Origin: a virus
Lineage: Duplodnaviria > Caudoviricetes
Strand: one strand, 5' to 3'
Length of the DNA: 33,608 nt
Virus record (IMG/VR): IMGVR_UViG_3300042807_000483
Location: 1 to 33,608 of that record
A model generated the notes under the pieces. That model had not been told where the DNA came from and did no database searches. It saw only the letters and a program-made list of their open reading frames with translations. Of this stretch, positions 24,443 to 32,724 are shown piece by piece. Both the position numbers and the translations under genes were made by a program. The first letter of the stretch is position 1, and each line of letters opens with the position of its first letter.

Positions 24443-25533
24443 GTATTGATGGCCCACAACCCCTACAGCGTTCTACGACTCCTCTTAAGTCCTTTGTTGA
24501 AATGGACGAAATTACTAGTAGTTTAATTTTGCCTTTTGACTACGCCTCCGAGGGTTCAGGAACCTTTTACCCGTACCTTCTTCCCGAAGACCTCCCTCAG
24601 GACTTTCAGCTTGGGGTTATTGTTGGTGCGTCTGGTACAGGCAAGTCAACTCTTCTGAAAGAATTTGGCTCTTCCGAGGAAATTGTATGGCAACCCAATA
24701 AGTCCATCGCTTCGCATTTTTCTAGTGCGGTGGAGGCTAATGAGAAGTTTTCTGCATCTGGTTTGATGAGTGTCCCCACGTGGGTTAAGCCCTACAGTGT
24801 TCTCTCTAACGGCGAGAGGTTTAGGGCAGACTTGGCGCGTTTGCTTAGGGACGGCGCTGTCATTGACGAGTTTACTTCTGTGATTGACCGAAATGTTGCC
24901 AAGGCATCCTCTACTTCTATGTCTAAGTACATCCGAAGAAATAACGTTAAGGGTGTCGTTCTTGCTACAGTCCACAGGGATATTCTTGAGTTTTTGGACC
25001 CCGACTGGATTATTGACACCGACAAAGGGCAGTGGACTAACGGGAGGTGGCTTCATCGACCAGAACTGGTTATCGACGTATATCCTGCCCACAACAGCAT
25101 TTGGAGCTACTTCGCTCCGCACCACTATCTCTCCGAACAAATCAACAAAGCCTCACACAGCTACGTGGCAGTTTGGGAGGGACGCTTAGTCGGTTTTGCT
25201 TCGGCTATGACGTACCCATCTGGCACAGTAAAGAATGCTTGGCGAGAGCACCGTTTAGTTGTTCACCCTGACTTTCAGGGTTTTGGGTTTGGACCCCGTA
25301 TTTCTGAGGTTGTTGCCCAGCACTACCTCGAACAGGGTAAGCGCTACTTTTCTAAAACTTCCCACCCCCGTTTGGGGGAGTATCGTGATAATTCTCCTGT
25401 TTGGAGGGCTACATCTAAGAATCATATGAAGCGACGGGACGGAGTTAACAATGCTCAGAAGCTCCGATGGGGCATGAACCACGAGCGTTGGTCTTACAGT
25501 CACGAATATGTCGGAAGTATAATAGAACTTTAA
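24439..25533 (+). CDS. ABC-type ATPase fused to a C-terminal GNAT acetyltransferase
   Basis: Walker A GASGTGKST, signature LSNGE, Walker B VIDEF, H-loop TVH; GNAT part HHYL...RLVVHPDFQGFGFG. Confidence 0.88.
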   Translation: MSIDGPQPLQRSTTPLKSFVEMDEITSSLILPFDYASEGSGTFYPYLLPEDLPQDFQLGVIVGASGTGKSTLLKEFGSSEEIVWQPNKSIASHFSSAVEANEKFSASGLMSVPTWVKPYSVLSNGERFRADLARLLRDGAVIDEFTSVIDRNVAKASSTSMSKYIRRNNVKGVVLATVHRDILEFLDPDWIIDTDKGQWTNGRWLHRPELVIDVYPAHNSIWSYFAPHHYLSEQINKASHSYVAVWEGRLVGFASAMTYPSGTVKNAWREHRLVVHPDFQGFGFGPRISEVVAQHYLEQGKRYFSKTSHPRLGEYRDNSPVWRATSKNHMKRRDGVNNAQKLRWGMNHERWSYSHEYVGSIIEL

Positions 25534-25573
25534 GCACTTAATAACCTCTACAAAAGTAAAGTATTATTAGTGT

Positions 25574-26239
25574 ATGCACATTGGCACTAGAGTACTTATT
25601 CTTGCCTCTGGTTCAGGTGAGCGCTGGGGGAATTATCTTGGCGTTCCTAAGCATCTCATTGAGATTGACGGTAAAAGACTTATAGAAAGAACCGCTCATC
25701 AGTTTGGAGAATACGCTGACGAAGTGGTCATTGTTGGACCAAAAGACCCTCGATACGGCACTAACTATGCAGTCCACTACACGCCAAAAGCAAATCTTGA
25801 GACAGAGATAGACAAGTTTCTTTCCTCAATGTTGCTGTGGGGTGACCAAAACGTTGTGCTTGTCTTCGGGGACGTCTACTTCACCGATGAGGCAGTCGAG
25901 ACAATAATGACCCACTCTGGGGACTGGACTTTCTTCTGTAGACCTAGTGGCTCGAAAATTACTGGGAAAAAATGGCGAGAAATCTATGCCTTCTTTGTTC
26001 CGCCACACAACCACCGAGTCGTTCGTGACGCTATCAAGAGCCTCTCCCTCGTGGACGTCGACGCTGGTGGTTGGGCGCTTTTTCGAAAACTAGTAACTGG
26101 AAATCACACTAAAACCAATGAAGCAGATGAAGCCATATTTGTAGCTGGGCACCACGTCGTTATTGATGACCTAACAGAAGACTTTGACTATCCCAGTGAC
26201 TATGACAACTGGTTGCCTGCAAAAAACGCACTAAAGTAA
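25574..26239 (+). CDS. Nucleotidyltransferase (NTP_transf, LicC/MobA-like)
   Basis: ILASGSGERW...PKHLIEIDGKRLIERT, FGDVYF, DFDYPSDY. Confidence 0.8.
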   Translation: MHIGTRVLILASGSGERWGNYLGVPKHLIEIDGKRLIERTAHQFGEYADEVVIVGPKDPRYGTNYAVHYTPKANLETEIDKFLSSMLLWGDQNVVLVFGDVYFTDEAVETIMTHSGDWTFFCRPSGSKITGKKWREIYAFFVPPHNHRVVRDAIKSLSLVDVDAGGWALFRKLVTGNHTKTNEADEAIFVAGHHVVIDDLTEDFDYPSDYDNWLPAKNALK

Positions 26240-26251
26240 AAAACTTATTGG

Positions 26252-26983
26252 CTACTGGTGCTCGTTACGCACGACAATAAATCCGTCTCGTATTTCGTTT
26301 AAGTACCCATTTGCCCTGTGTCGAGACATTTTGGGGTCTGTATCTGGAATCAACTCCCCCATTGGGAATTCGCTTTCGTTCTCCCACACTGGATAGAGCG
26401 CTGTTCCAACTGGCAAATCTTTAAACATTAAGTCACCTGGTCTTAGGTGTATTTCTACAATATGCTCGCCCTTTAGTTCCACATTAAAAAAATTAACTTC
26501 GGACTCTGACAACCACTCGAGCTCCAAAGGCAGTTCATAAGGAGATGGGGCCCCCCTATTAGAAAGTCTGGTCCAAGATTTAAACTTAGTTAAATTCGTA
26601 TCAGAGTAGTGTCTTCCTTGCCAGACGGAAGATACCTCCCATGTTCCATTGTCGTATCTTTGATAGTCAATTGATAGGTGGTCCCCCGAAAGCCACTCGC
26701 ACCAAAAATAACCAGGTGGTACAAAATTATGTGCCACCATCTCTTCATACATACTCGTCTCGTATGTGAACTGTGTCGCTCCAATCCCCATCCCATACAG
26801 ATTGTATATTGGACGCGAAATAAAAAGACCCTCGTGTGACGGGGGAACACCAGCAGGCCCAGCATGAAGTCCTTGACGCAAAGCAACTTCAAGCTTATTA
26901 AATGACCACCTCCACTGGGTGTGGCTATACTGTTCCCAAGCTTGATAGTCCTCCCAAATTACTACAGGGAGGGGTTTTCTCAT
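26252..26983 (-). CDS. Divergent ATP-grasp-fold protein
   Basis: NKLEVA, ISRPIYNLYGMGIGA, FWCEWLSGDHLSIDY, FNVEL...IVEIHLR. Confidence 0.6.
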   Translation of the reverse strand: MRKPLPVVIWEDYQAWEQYSHTQWRWSFNKLEVALRQGLHAGPAGVPPSHEGLFISRPIYNLYGMGIGATQFTYETSMYEEMVAHNFVPPGYFWCEWLSGDHLSIDYQRYDNGTWEVSSVWQGRHYSDTNLTKFKSWTRLSNRGAPSPYELPLELEWLSESEVNFFNVELKGEHIVEIHLRPGDLMFKDLPVGTALYPVWENESEFPMGELIPDTDPKMSRHRANGYLNEIRDGFIVVRNEHQ

Positions 26984-27030
26984 AGTATAATTTTATCTTA
27001 TATCTAAATTTCAAGAAAAAGGAATTAGAG

Positions 27031-27369
27031 TTGCCAAGAAGAAAAACCAAAAACATAACTCCCGACCTCAGTGCCGAGTGGGAAAAACTAGACAGCATTC
27101 AAATAAACGGAAGAAATGTTATACCTGGAACAGAACTAAAGATTAGCGGAGAACGAGGCAGGTTTAGATTTATCAAGTACGTCAAGACTCCCCAAGGCGC
27201 GGAGTGGATTGACGTGTGGGGTGGCCCCAAGAACTGTGAGCAATGGAGAAGCTTCACACTTGACAGAGTAAAGACGGTACACTACAAGAACCAGACCGTA
27301 CAAAACCTAGCTACGGAATATAAAGAAAAAATGACATCTAAGAAAGAAGAGCAGAGCAATGCGTTCTAA
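27031..27369 (+). CDS. Conserved actinophage hypothetical protein (SH3-like beta-rich)
   Basis: GTELKISGERGRFRF...WIDVWGG...WRSF; AAAGGA RBS. Confidence 0.7.
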   Translation: MPRRKTKNITPDLSAEWEKLDSIQINGRNVIPGTELKISGERGRFRFIKYVKTPQGAEWIDVWGGPKNCEQWRSFTLDRVKTVHYKNQTVQNLATEYKEKMTSKKEEQSNAF

Positions 27370-27475
27370 GTTAGGTTATCCTTGCTATAGACACCGTACT
27401 AGGTTCAAAGGAAGCTACTGCCCCGAGTGCTACAAAGAGAGGCGCGAGCGTGAACGCCGTGGCGGAAGAATTTAA
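27359..27475 (+). CDS. 38-aa basic zinc-finger peptide (not in ORF track)
   Basis: MRSKLGYPCYRHRTRFKGSYCPECYKERRERERRGGRI*; CxxH-x8-CxxC; overlaps the upstream stop. Confidence 0.5.
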   Translation: MRSKLGYPCYRHRTRFKGSYCPECYKERRERERRGGRI

Positions 27476-27500
27476 AAACTTTTAGTTTTACAGATAAAAC

Positions 27501-28160
27501 CTAGAGCGACAATAAATACTCTTTAACGTGTTGCACTTTAGCGAGCGGGTCCAACCAAAGCTTGAATCCAGCGTCTTTTATGTTGAGAGATGCAGAATAG
27601 TCCTCACCGTAGTTGACAGAAAAGTCGACCTTGTCTAAACGTGCTTTTCGGATTAGAAACCAAGGACGAGGAACTTTTTCAAATACGCCATATCGAACGG
27701 CTAACATTCCGAATCCGATACCGTCCACCTCTACAGGCTCTTCGTCAAAGATTAAGTCTTTCCACGAAAGTGTCTTTGGAATCATATTTCCATCTAAACG
27801 CATAGCTGTAATCATTCCAGAGTTGTTGACAGGGACCATTGCCCCAACCACATCTAACTTATGATTAAGCATACGTTCAAAGGTTTGAACATCCCAGACG
27901 ATGTCGCTGTCAATCCACATTAACTTCCCGTATGTAAAAGCGCCTCCTGCAATCTCGTTAGTGTCCCAGTTATGCTCATTAGAATCTGTTGCTGTTTTCT
28001 CTCTGGCACTGGGGACGAACGAGCTAAATTTGCTAAGAAACTTATATGAGAGTCCCTGTTTATTAAGCCAAGTGGTAGTCTCCACTAAAGACTTTATATA
28101 CTCCATTTTTGCACTATTGCCAGGGGTGGCTATCACGACGTCATAATACGGAAGGCTCAT
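27501..28160 (-). CDS. GT-A fold (GT2-like) glycosyltransferase (start revised to MSLPYY...)
   Basis: VVIATP, LMWIDSDIVW (DxD), GIGFGML, GEDY, VQHVK; TATACT-N6-ATG at 28160. Confidence 0.8.
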   Translation of the reverse strand: MSLPYYDVVIATPGNSAKMEYIKSLVETTTWLNKQGLSYKFLSKFSSFVPSAREKTATDSNEHNWDTNEIAGGAFTYGKLMWIDSDIVWDVQTFERMLNHKLDVVGAMVPVNNSGMITAMRLDGNMIPKTLSWKDLIFDEEPVEVDGIGFGMLAVRYGVFEKVPRPWFLIRKARLDKVDFSVNYGEDYSASLNIKDAGFKLWLDPLAKVQHVKEYLLSL

Positions 28161-28218
28161 ACACTTAGTATAAAGCGTTTCGCTTGCAAAACTGTAGACA
28201 CGAGAGTATTGTATAGCT

Positions 28219-28500
28219 ATGAATAAAAGCACTGAAAAATTCAAGACTTGGGAAGAAGAGTTCCAACCCTCATGTCTCTACGGCTACTCGGAAGAGAACC
28301 TCTACCTGCTCGACTCCGAGCTTGACAACCACAATTTGATTTGGACTAAGTACTCGACACCAGAAGCAAGCGAAGTACTTGCGAAAGGACTGATTGACTA
28401 TGGACCCGCAGACTCCAACAACCCCAACGGAAAGTTCGTATGGCAGTGGATTGTGTGTGAAGTTCCTTGGGGAGACGACACCGAGTCTCCCATCAGCTAA
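28219..28500 (+). CDS. Hypothetical protein
   Basis: 93 aa, acidic; leaderless (TATTGT-N6-ATG). Confidence 0.7.
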   Translation: MNKSTEKFKTWEEEFQPSCLYGYSEENLYLLDSELDNHNLIWTKYSTPEASEVLAKGLIDYGPADSNNPNGKFVWQWIVCEVPWGDDTESPIS

Positions 28501-28508
28501 GTAGCTAC

Positions 28509-28580
28509 GCCCTCTTAGCTCAGAAGCAGAGCACCTGTCTTGTAAACAGGAGGTCAGGATTGCAAAACTCCTAGGGGGCC
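28509..28580 (+). tRNA. tRNA-Thr (anticodon UGU), atypical D/T loops, no encoded CCA
   Basis: Acceptor GCCCTCT/AGGGGGC, D-stem GCTC/GAGC, anticodon arm CCTGT-CTTGTAA-ACAGG, T-arm AGGAT-TGCAAAA-CTCCT. Confidence 0.8.
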
Positions 28581-28593
28581 CGAGGAGTAAATT

Positions 28594-29481
28594 ATGATTT
28601 GGTATCTACGTAAAGACTACAAGCTTGACCACGAAGCAAAGCGCGTGGTTGAAGAAGCTAAGTTAGCTGACGTTCTTTTTAAAGTTGTTGCTCCTAAAGA
28701 CTTTGATTTGGTGGTCACTCGAGATGACCGTAGAAGTATTAGGTTTAAAGCGGGCACTGTGTCTCTTCCTGACGTCGTAATCCCTAGAACTGGTAGTGGT
28801 ACGGACTCCTACGCAAGAAGTGTGCTTCGGCACCTCGAGCGTTTGCATGTTCCTGTCCTTAACAACGCTGACTCTATAGACGCATCCATGGACAAGATGT
28901 ACTCAACTCAAATTCTGAGGCAACACAATATCTCTGTTCCGCAGACCATGCTAGTTCGTTTCCCTGTAGACGCTTCTTTTGTTGAAAAAGAAATTGGGTT
29001 CCCTTGCGTTATTAAAGTTCTTAGTGGCAGCTACGGAAAAGGCATCCACCTCGTCCGCGACAAGTCTGCTCTTGAAGAGCTCATGGAGTTTGTGAGTAGC
29101 CTCAACTCTCCACTAAACATTCTTATTCAAGAGTACGTGGACTTCTCCCCTGGAGTTGACATCCGAGTCTTGGTTGTCGGTGGAAAAGTTCTTGGTGCCA
29201 TGAAGCGTAGTAGCTCTGATGGAGATTTTAGGGCAAACATTTCTCGGGGAGGTACGGGCGAGATTTACCCTCTTAACGACCAGCTGGTTTTTATTGCGAC
29301 AGAAACCGCTAAAGTTCTCAACCTAGACATCGCTGGTGTTGACCTTTTAATTGATGAGAACGGTTATAAAGTCTGCGAAGCAAACTCTGCCCCTGGGTTT
29401 AAAGGTTTTGAGGAATACTGCGGAGTAAATGTCGCTAAAGAAATTTTAAACTACGCCATCTTTAAGTCAAATAAAGTCTAG
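28594..29481 (+). CDS. rimK: RimK-family ATP-grasp alpha-L-glutamate ligase
   Basis: PRTGS, DKMYS, GFPCVIKVLSGSYGKG, QEYV, DIRVLVVG, FRANISRGG, GVDLL, CEANSAPG. Confidence 0.92.
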   Translation: MIWYLRKDYKLDHEAKRVVEEAKLADVLFKVVAPKDFDLVVTRDDRRSIRFKAGTVSLPDVVIPRTGSGTDSYARSVLRHLERLHVPVLNNADSIDASMDKMYSTQILRQHNISVPQTMLVRFPVDASFVEKEIGFPCVIKVLSGSYGKGIHLVRDKSALEELMEFVSSLNSPLNILIQEYVDFSPGVDIRVLVVGGKVLGAMKRSSSDGDFRANISRGGTGEIYPLNDQLVFIATETAKVLNLDIAGVDLLIDENGYKVCEANSAPGFKGFEEYCGVNVAKEILNYAIFKSNKV

Positions 29482-29493
29482 TAGACTTCTACT

Positions 29494-30282
29494 GTGGAGC
29501 AGATAAAAACTACGACGTACAAGAACGTACAAGAGCTTGTCGAAGAAATAGCCTCCTCAACTAACTCCTACCACAAAACTCATTTAAAGCGTTATGGTAG
29601 GACTCTTAGCGTTCTCCTCGACCAGAAGCCTCTAAAAGGCAAGCTCCTCGAGATAGGAACTAGCGGAGTCTACCCTCTAGTCCTACAAGAGCTCGTGCCA
29701 GACCTCCAAGTCCACGTCACCGACTACGACCTTACCAAGGCTCCTAAGGGCTCTATGAGCGTTTCCTCGGGCGAGAGGTCCCGTAAGGTTCCCGTCTATC
29801 GTCTTAATATCGAGACAACCCCCTTGCCCGTCGAGAACGAGACTTTTGATTACGTTATCTGCGGAGAGGTTATCGAGCACCTAGAGCAAGACCCGATGTT
29901 TATGATGTCAGAAATTAATCGGGTACTTAAGCCCAACGGAACTCTTGTTCTTACAACTCCTAATATTGCAAGCGCACGAGGTATAGTTCGAATACTTAAA
30001 GGTTATGAGCCGTACTTTTACATGCAGTATCGCAATGCGGGAACCCTAGACCGCCACAACTACGAATACAGCGTTCACTCTATCTCCGAGGTAATGAAGG
30101 CTAGCGGGTTTAGTGGCTCTGTCTGGACTGAAGATAACTTTACCGAGCAGTCTGTCTTAGATGTAGAGGCTCTTCAAAAAATAGGCCACCCTCTCACTCA
30201 CATTGGGGACAATATTTTCTCCGTTGGAAAAAAGATTGGGCCAGTTGTTCACCGATATCCAGTAGGAATCTACTCCGACTGA
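29494..30282 (+). CDS. Class I SAM-dependent methyltransferase
   Basis: LLEIGT, FDYVICGEVIEHL, RVLKPNGTLVLTTPN. Confidence 0.88.
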   Translation: MEQIKTTTYKNVQELVEEIASSTNSYHKTHLKRYGRTLSVLLDQKPLKGKLLEIGTSGVYPLVLQELVPDLQVHVTDYDLTKAPKGSMSVSSGERSRKVPVYRLNIETTPLPVENETFDYVICGEVIEHLEQDPMFMMSEINRVLKPNGTLVLTTPNIASARGIVRILKGYEPYFYMQYRNAGTLDRHNYEYSVHSISEVMKASGFSGSVWTEDNFTEQSVLDVEALQKIGHPLTHIGDNIFSVGKKIGPVVHRYPVGIYSD

Positions 30283-30375
30283 AGTGTTCACACTACATAA
30301 TCTAGAACATTTGCTCTTCAGATAAAATAGGTGTACAAGTACATACCTATGACCACCAGGTCAGTAAGGAGTTGA

Positions 30376-30432
30376 ATGATTCAAATGTTCAATCGAAATC
30401 ATAGAGAAATGGTTTATTACTGGATTAACTAA
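30376..30432 (+). CDS. 18-aa peptide MIQMFNRNHREMVYYWIN (not in ORF track)
   Basis: TAAGGAG RBS 4 nt upstream; lies in its own intergenic unit ending in a terminator. Confidence 0.4.
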   Translation: MIQMFNRNHREMVYYWIN

Positions 30433-30450
30433 GGTGGTGGTCCAACATCT

Positions 30451-30497
30451 ACCAAAACGCTCTCCTGAATATATTGGCAGGGGGGCGTTTTTGGTTT
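30451..30497 (+). terminator. Intrinsic terminator
   Basis: AAAACGCTCTCCTG ... CAGGGGGGCGTTTT stem with T-rich tail. Confidence 0.75.
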
Positions 30498-30520
30498 GTA
30501 TAAAAAGCTTTTATATAACG

Positions 30521-30561
30521 TAAATACCCCCCGCAATCAGATTGACTACGGGGGGATTTAT
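30521..30561 (-). terminator. Intrinsic terminator (minus strand or bidirectional)
   Basis: TAAATACCCCCCG ... CGGGGGGATTTA inverted repeat. Confidence 0.7.
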
Positions 30562-30621
30562 TTTACGGATTAACCACTATCCACCTAGAAATAATAATAC
30601 ACTAAAAACTTCTAGTATGTA

Positions 30622-31590
30622 CTACTCGTAGCTAACTACGGTCTCTACCTTTTTAAAGGTTTCTCCTACAAACATGTAGTCATCGTAGTCTTCTTCACTT
30701 ACGATGATGACTTTGTAGGTTCCAAGCAACGGCAACGGGTCCACGTTTTCACCGTTGATGAACAGCTCGAAGTGAAGGTGGGGTCCAGTTGACATTCCGG
30801 TATTACCCACAGCTCCAATAGTGTCGCCACTCTTGACGACAGTTCCAATCATCATCCCCTCGGGGAAGGAGTCGTCTTTCATGTGTGCGTAGAGTGTCTC
30901 CCACTCTTCGATGACACCCTCAGAATTACCAATGAGGTGCTTCAGCCTCACGAAATTTCCGTAGCCTCCGTTGTTCCCCATGTCAATGACCATCCCATCG
31001 GCCACAGCAAAAATAGGCTTCCCAAACCCAGGGACAAAGTCAATACCTTGGTGGTCAGCACTGCAACCACGACAAGGAGGAGTTCTCCACCCATAGTCGC
31101 TACTTACTTCTGCCGATGTGGTTGGCATCACAGTATTAGCGACTTTAAGGTGATTAACAATCCTAGTAACGGTCACAAAAGATGTCTGATTCTGCGGGCT
31201 AAACACGTCGTATATATCGGAAGCTCCCTCAAACTCATCCGCCAACAGTTCAAGTGGTTCAACGCTACGCATGGGGGCCACCTCTGGACCACCCATACCA
31301 GTGAGCAGGTCGCCCATTGGAGTGGCCTCTGACAAAGCTCCTACGACCACAGGAGCTTGATTGTCTAGGAGTGGAGGGACAACCACCAGAGGCGTAATCG
31401 CAACTAAGCCCAAAAATAGGGCCACTGAATAGGTGTGGGTGCCATTCCTGAAGTCTCTAATAATCCGACGTATCCCAGACTTACTAGCTAACTTCTTGTA
31501 CTCGACTCTGCGAGGGTGGTTCTGAGGTAGGGTATTTATTTCGATTTTAGATTTTTGTGCTTTTGTTTCTGTTGTACTTCTTGAATGCAT
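30622..31590 (-). CDS. M23-family metallopeptidase with N-terminal transmembrane anchor (start probably ATG 31590)
   Basis: HQGIDF (HxxxD), LYAHM, GNTGMSTGPHLHFE; hydrophobic VALFLGLVAITPLVVV. Confidence 0.9.
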   Translation of the reverse strand: MHSRSTTETKAQKSKIEINTLPQNHPRRVEYKKLASKSGIRRIIRDFRNGTHTYSVALFLGLVAITPLVVVPPLLDNQAPVVVGALSEATPMGDLLTGMGGPEVAPMRSVEPLELLADEFEGASDIYDVFSPQNQTSFVTVTRIVNHLKVANTVMPTTSAEVSSDYGWRTPPCRGCSADHQGIDFVPGFGKPIFAVADGMVIDMGNNGGYGNFVRLKHLIGNSEGVIEEWETLYAHMKDDSFPEGMMIGTVVKSGDTIGAVGNTGMSTGPHLHFELFINGENVDPLPLLGTYKVIIVSEEDYDDYMFVGETFKKVETVVSYE

Positions 31591-31751
31591 TTTATTGCCT
31601 CTCGAGTCGTCCAAAGAACATTTGCCTCTGACACTAGGTGCCCGAAGTGGTAGCCGGTTGCTTCCGCGCTCTTTGCCGTGGTTCGATTTTTAGTTATAAA
31701 CAGTCTCTATAGTTTACCCTAGTAAGGTACCTAACTTGACATAGTGTGCGG

Positions 31752-31949
31752 TTATTTAACAAAGCCGTTCTTTACCATCACAGAAGTCTGATTCTTGAGA
31801 GCTCGAGGCTCTGATGGCGTAGAACTAAAAAACATTACCTGTCCATTAGGTGCTCGATAACGTAGGTGCCCACCCCTAGAGTGGTCAACAACCCATCCTT
31901 GAGCAATTGCTTTTGCTGCCAATTGTTTGGCTTCTTTTCGTGTGGTCAT
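31752..31949 (-). CDS. hicA: HicA-like mRNA interferase (dsRBD-like fold), no adjacent hicB
   Basis: GWVVDHSRGGHLRYRAPNG...SSTPS; 65 aa, basic. Confidence 0.65.
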   Translation of the reverse strand: MTTRKEAKQLAAKAIAQGWVVDHSRGGHLRYRAPNGQVMFFSSTPSEPRALKNQTSVMVKNGFVK

Positions 31950-31955
31950 TCCTCG

Positions 31956-31984
31956 AGGGTACTAAAAAAAGCTATATCTGTCAA
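31956..31984 (-). promoter_or_regulatory. SigA-type promoter giving a leaderless hicA mRNA
   Basis: TTGACA (31979-31984) - 17 nt - TACCCT (31956-31961), 6 nt before the ATG. Confidence 0.75.
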
Positions 31985-32724
31985 GTAGCGAAGAAAACTT
32001 TCTTATGCCACTGTCTGCCTTCCTCTACAGATGAGACAAAAGCTACATCTTCTTGGGCGACACCAATAGACGAGAGCCAGTCATACCATTTTTGAGGTAC
32101 GTCAACACTCTCAACCCCATCTGGAGTGTACAAAGCAAAAGGAACACCGAATGCGTGAGCAGTAATACAAGCGTGCATGGCTCCGCCAAGAACAAAATCT
32201 GCTCCACCTATGCGACTAGCCACTTCAATAATGTCTTCCCTAACTTTTACCTCAGGAGAAAGTAGATAGTCAGCGCCACTCTCTTCTAGGTTGTAGTTTT
32301 CGGATTGAATATGTGGAACAAGAAGAGTCTCTCCAGACTTTCTTGGCATGAGCTTTAGATAGTCAAAAGCAATATATGCAGTGTCCCCATAAATCGGAGT
32401 ATCGGGAACTCCAGCCCTTTCTAGAGCCTTCTGCGTCTCTGGCCCCCTACAACCTATATACATAGCCTGTTGCGCCAGCTCAGGGGTCAGTTCATTTCCA
32501 CGCCACCCACAACCAATAAAAATAGGTACAAGCCCCAAGCTAAGTGCACCGCTAATAACTGAGTCGTCTACAACGCTCCCAATAGGGAAGTACAAGACTT
32601 CGGGGTTATCAAAAGGACTTTCCCCATCAGACTTAAGTCCCTCAGTAAGGGCCTCAACAACAATCTCTCCTAGAGCATCCCCATAGTTTCGAAAATTTTC
32701 ATCGGGCATCCACTCATAAAGCAT
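31981..32724 (-). CDS. Polysaccharide pyruvyl-transferase-like protein
   Basis: NYGDAL, IGSV, RGPET, GDTA, VPH, MHACITAHAFGVP, KWYDW. Confidence 0.75.
   Translation of the reverse strand: MLYEWMPDENFRNYGDALGEIVVEALTEGLKSDGESPFDNPEVLYFPIGSVVDDSVISGALSLGLVPIFIGCGWRGNELTPELAQQAMYIGCRGPETQKALERAGVPDTPIYGDTAYIAFDYLKLMPRKSGETLLVPHIQSENYNLEESGADYLLSPEVKVREDIIEVASRIGGADFVLGGAMHACITAHAFGVPFALYTPDGVESVDVPQKWYDWLSSIGVAQEDVAFVSSVEEGRQWHKKVFFAT

Noticed and set aside
24439-25533. ABC transporter ATP-binding subunit
   Set aside because: No permease or binding-protein gene nearby, and the C-terminal domain is a GNAT.
30425-30495. T-box riboswitch (AACTAAGGTGG plus terminator)
   Set aside because: No GGTGGNACC T-box, no stem I or specifier loop, and no downstream gene on that strand.
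31590-31715. c-di-AMP (ydaO) or SAM-I/IV riboswitch
   Set aside because: Only isolated words (AAGAG, GCAACC) match; the conserved cores were not found.
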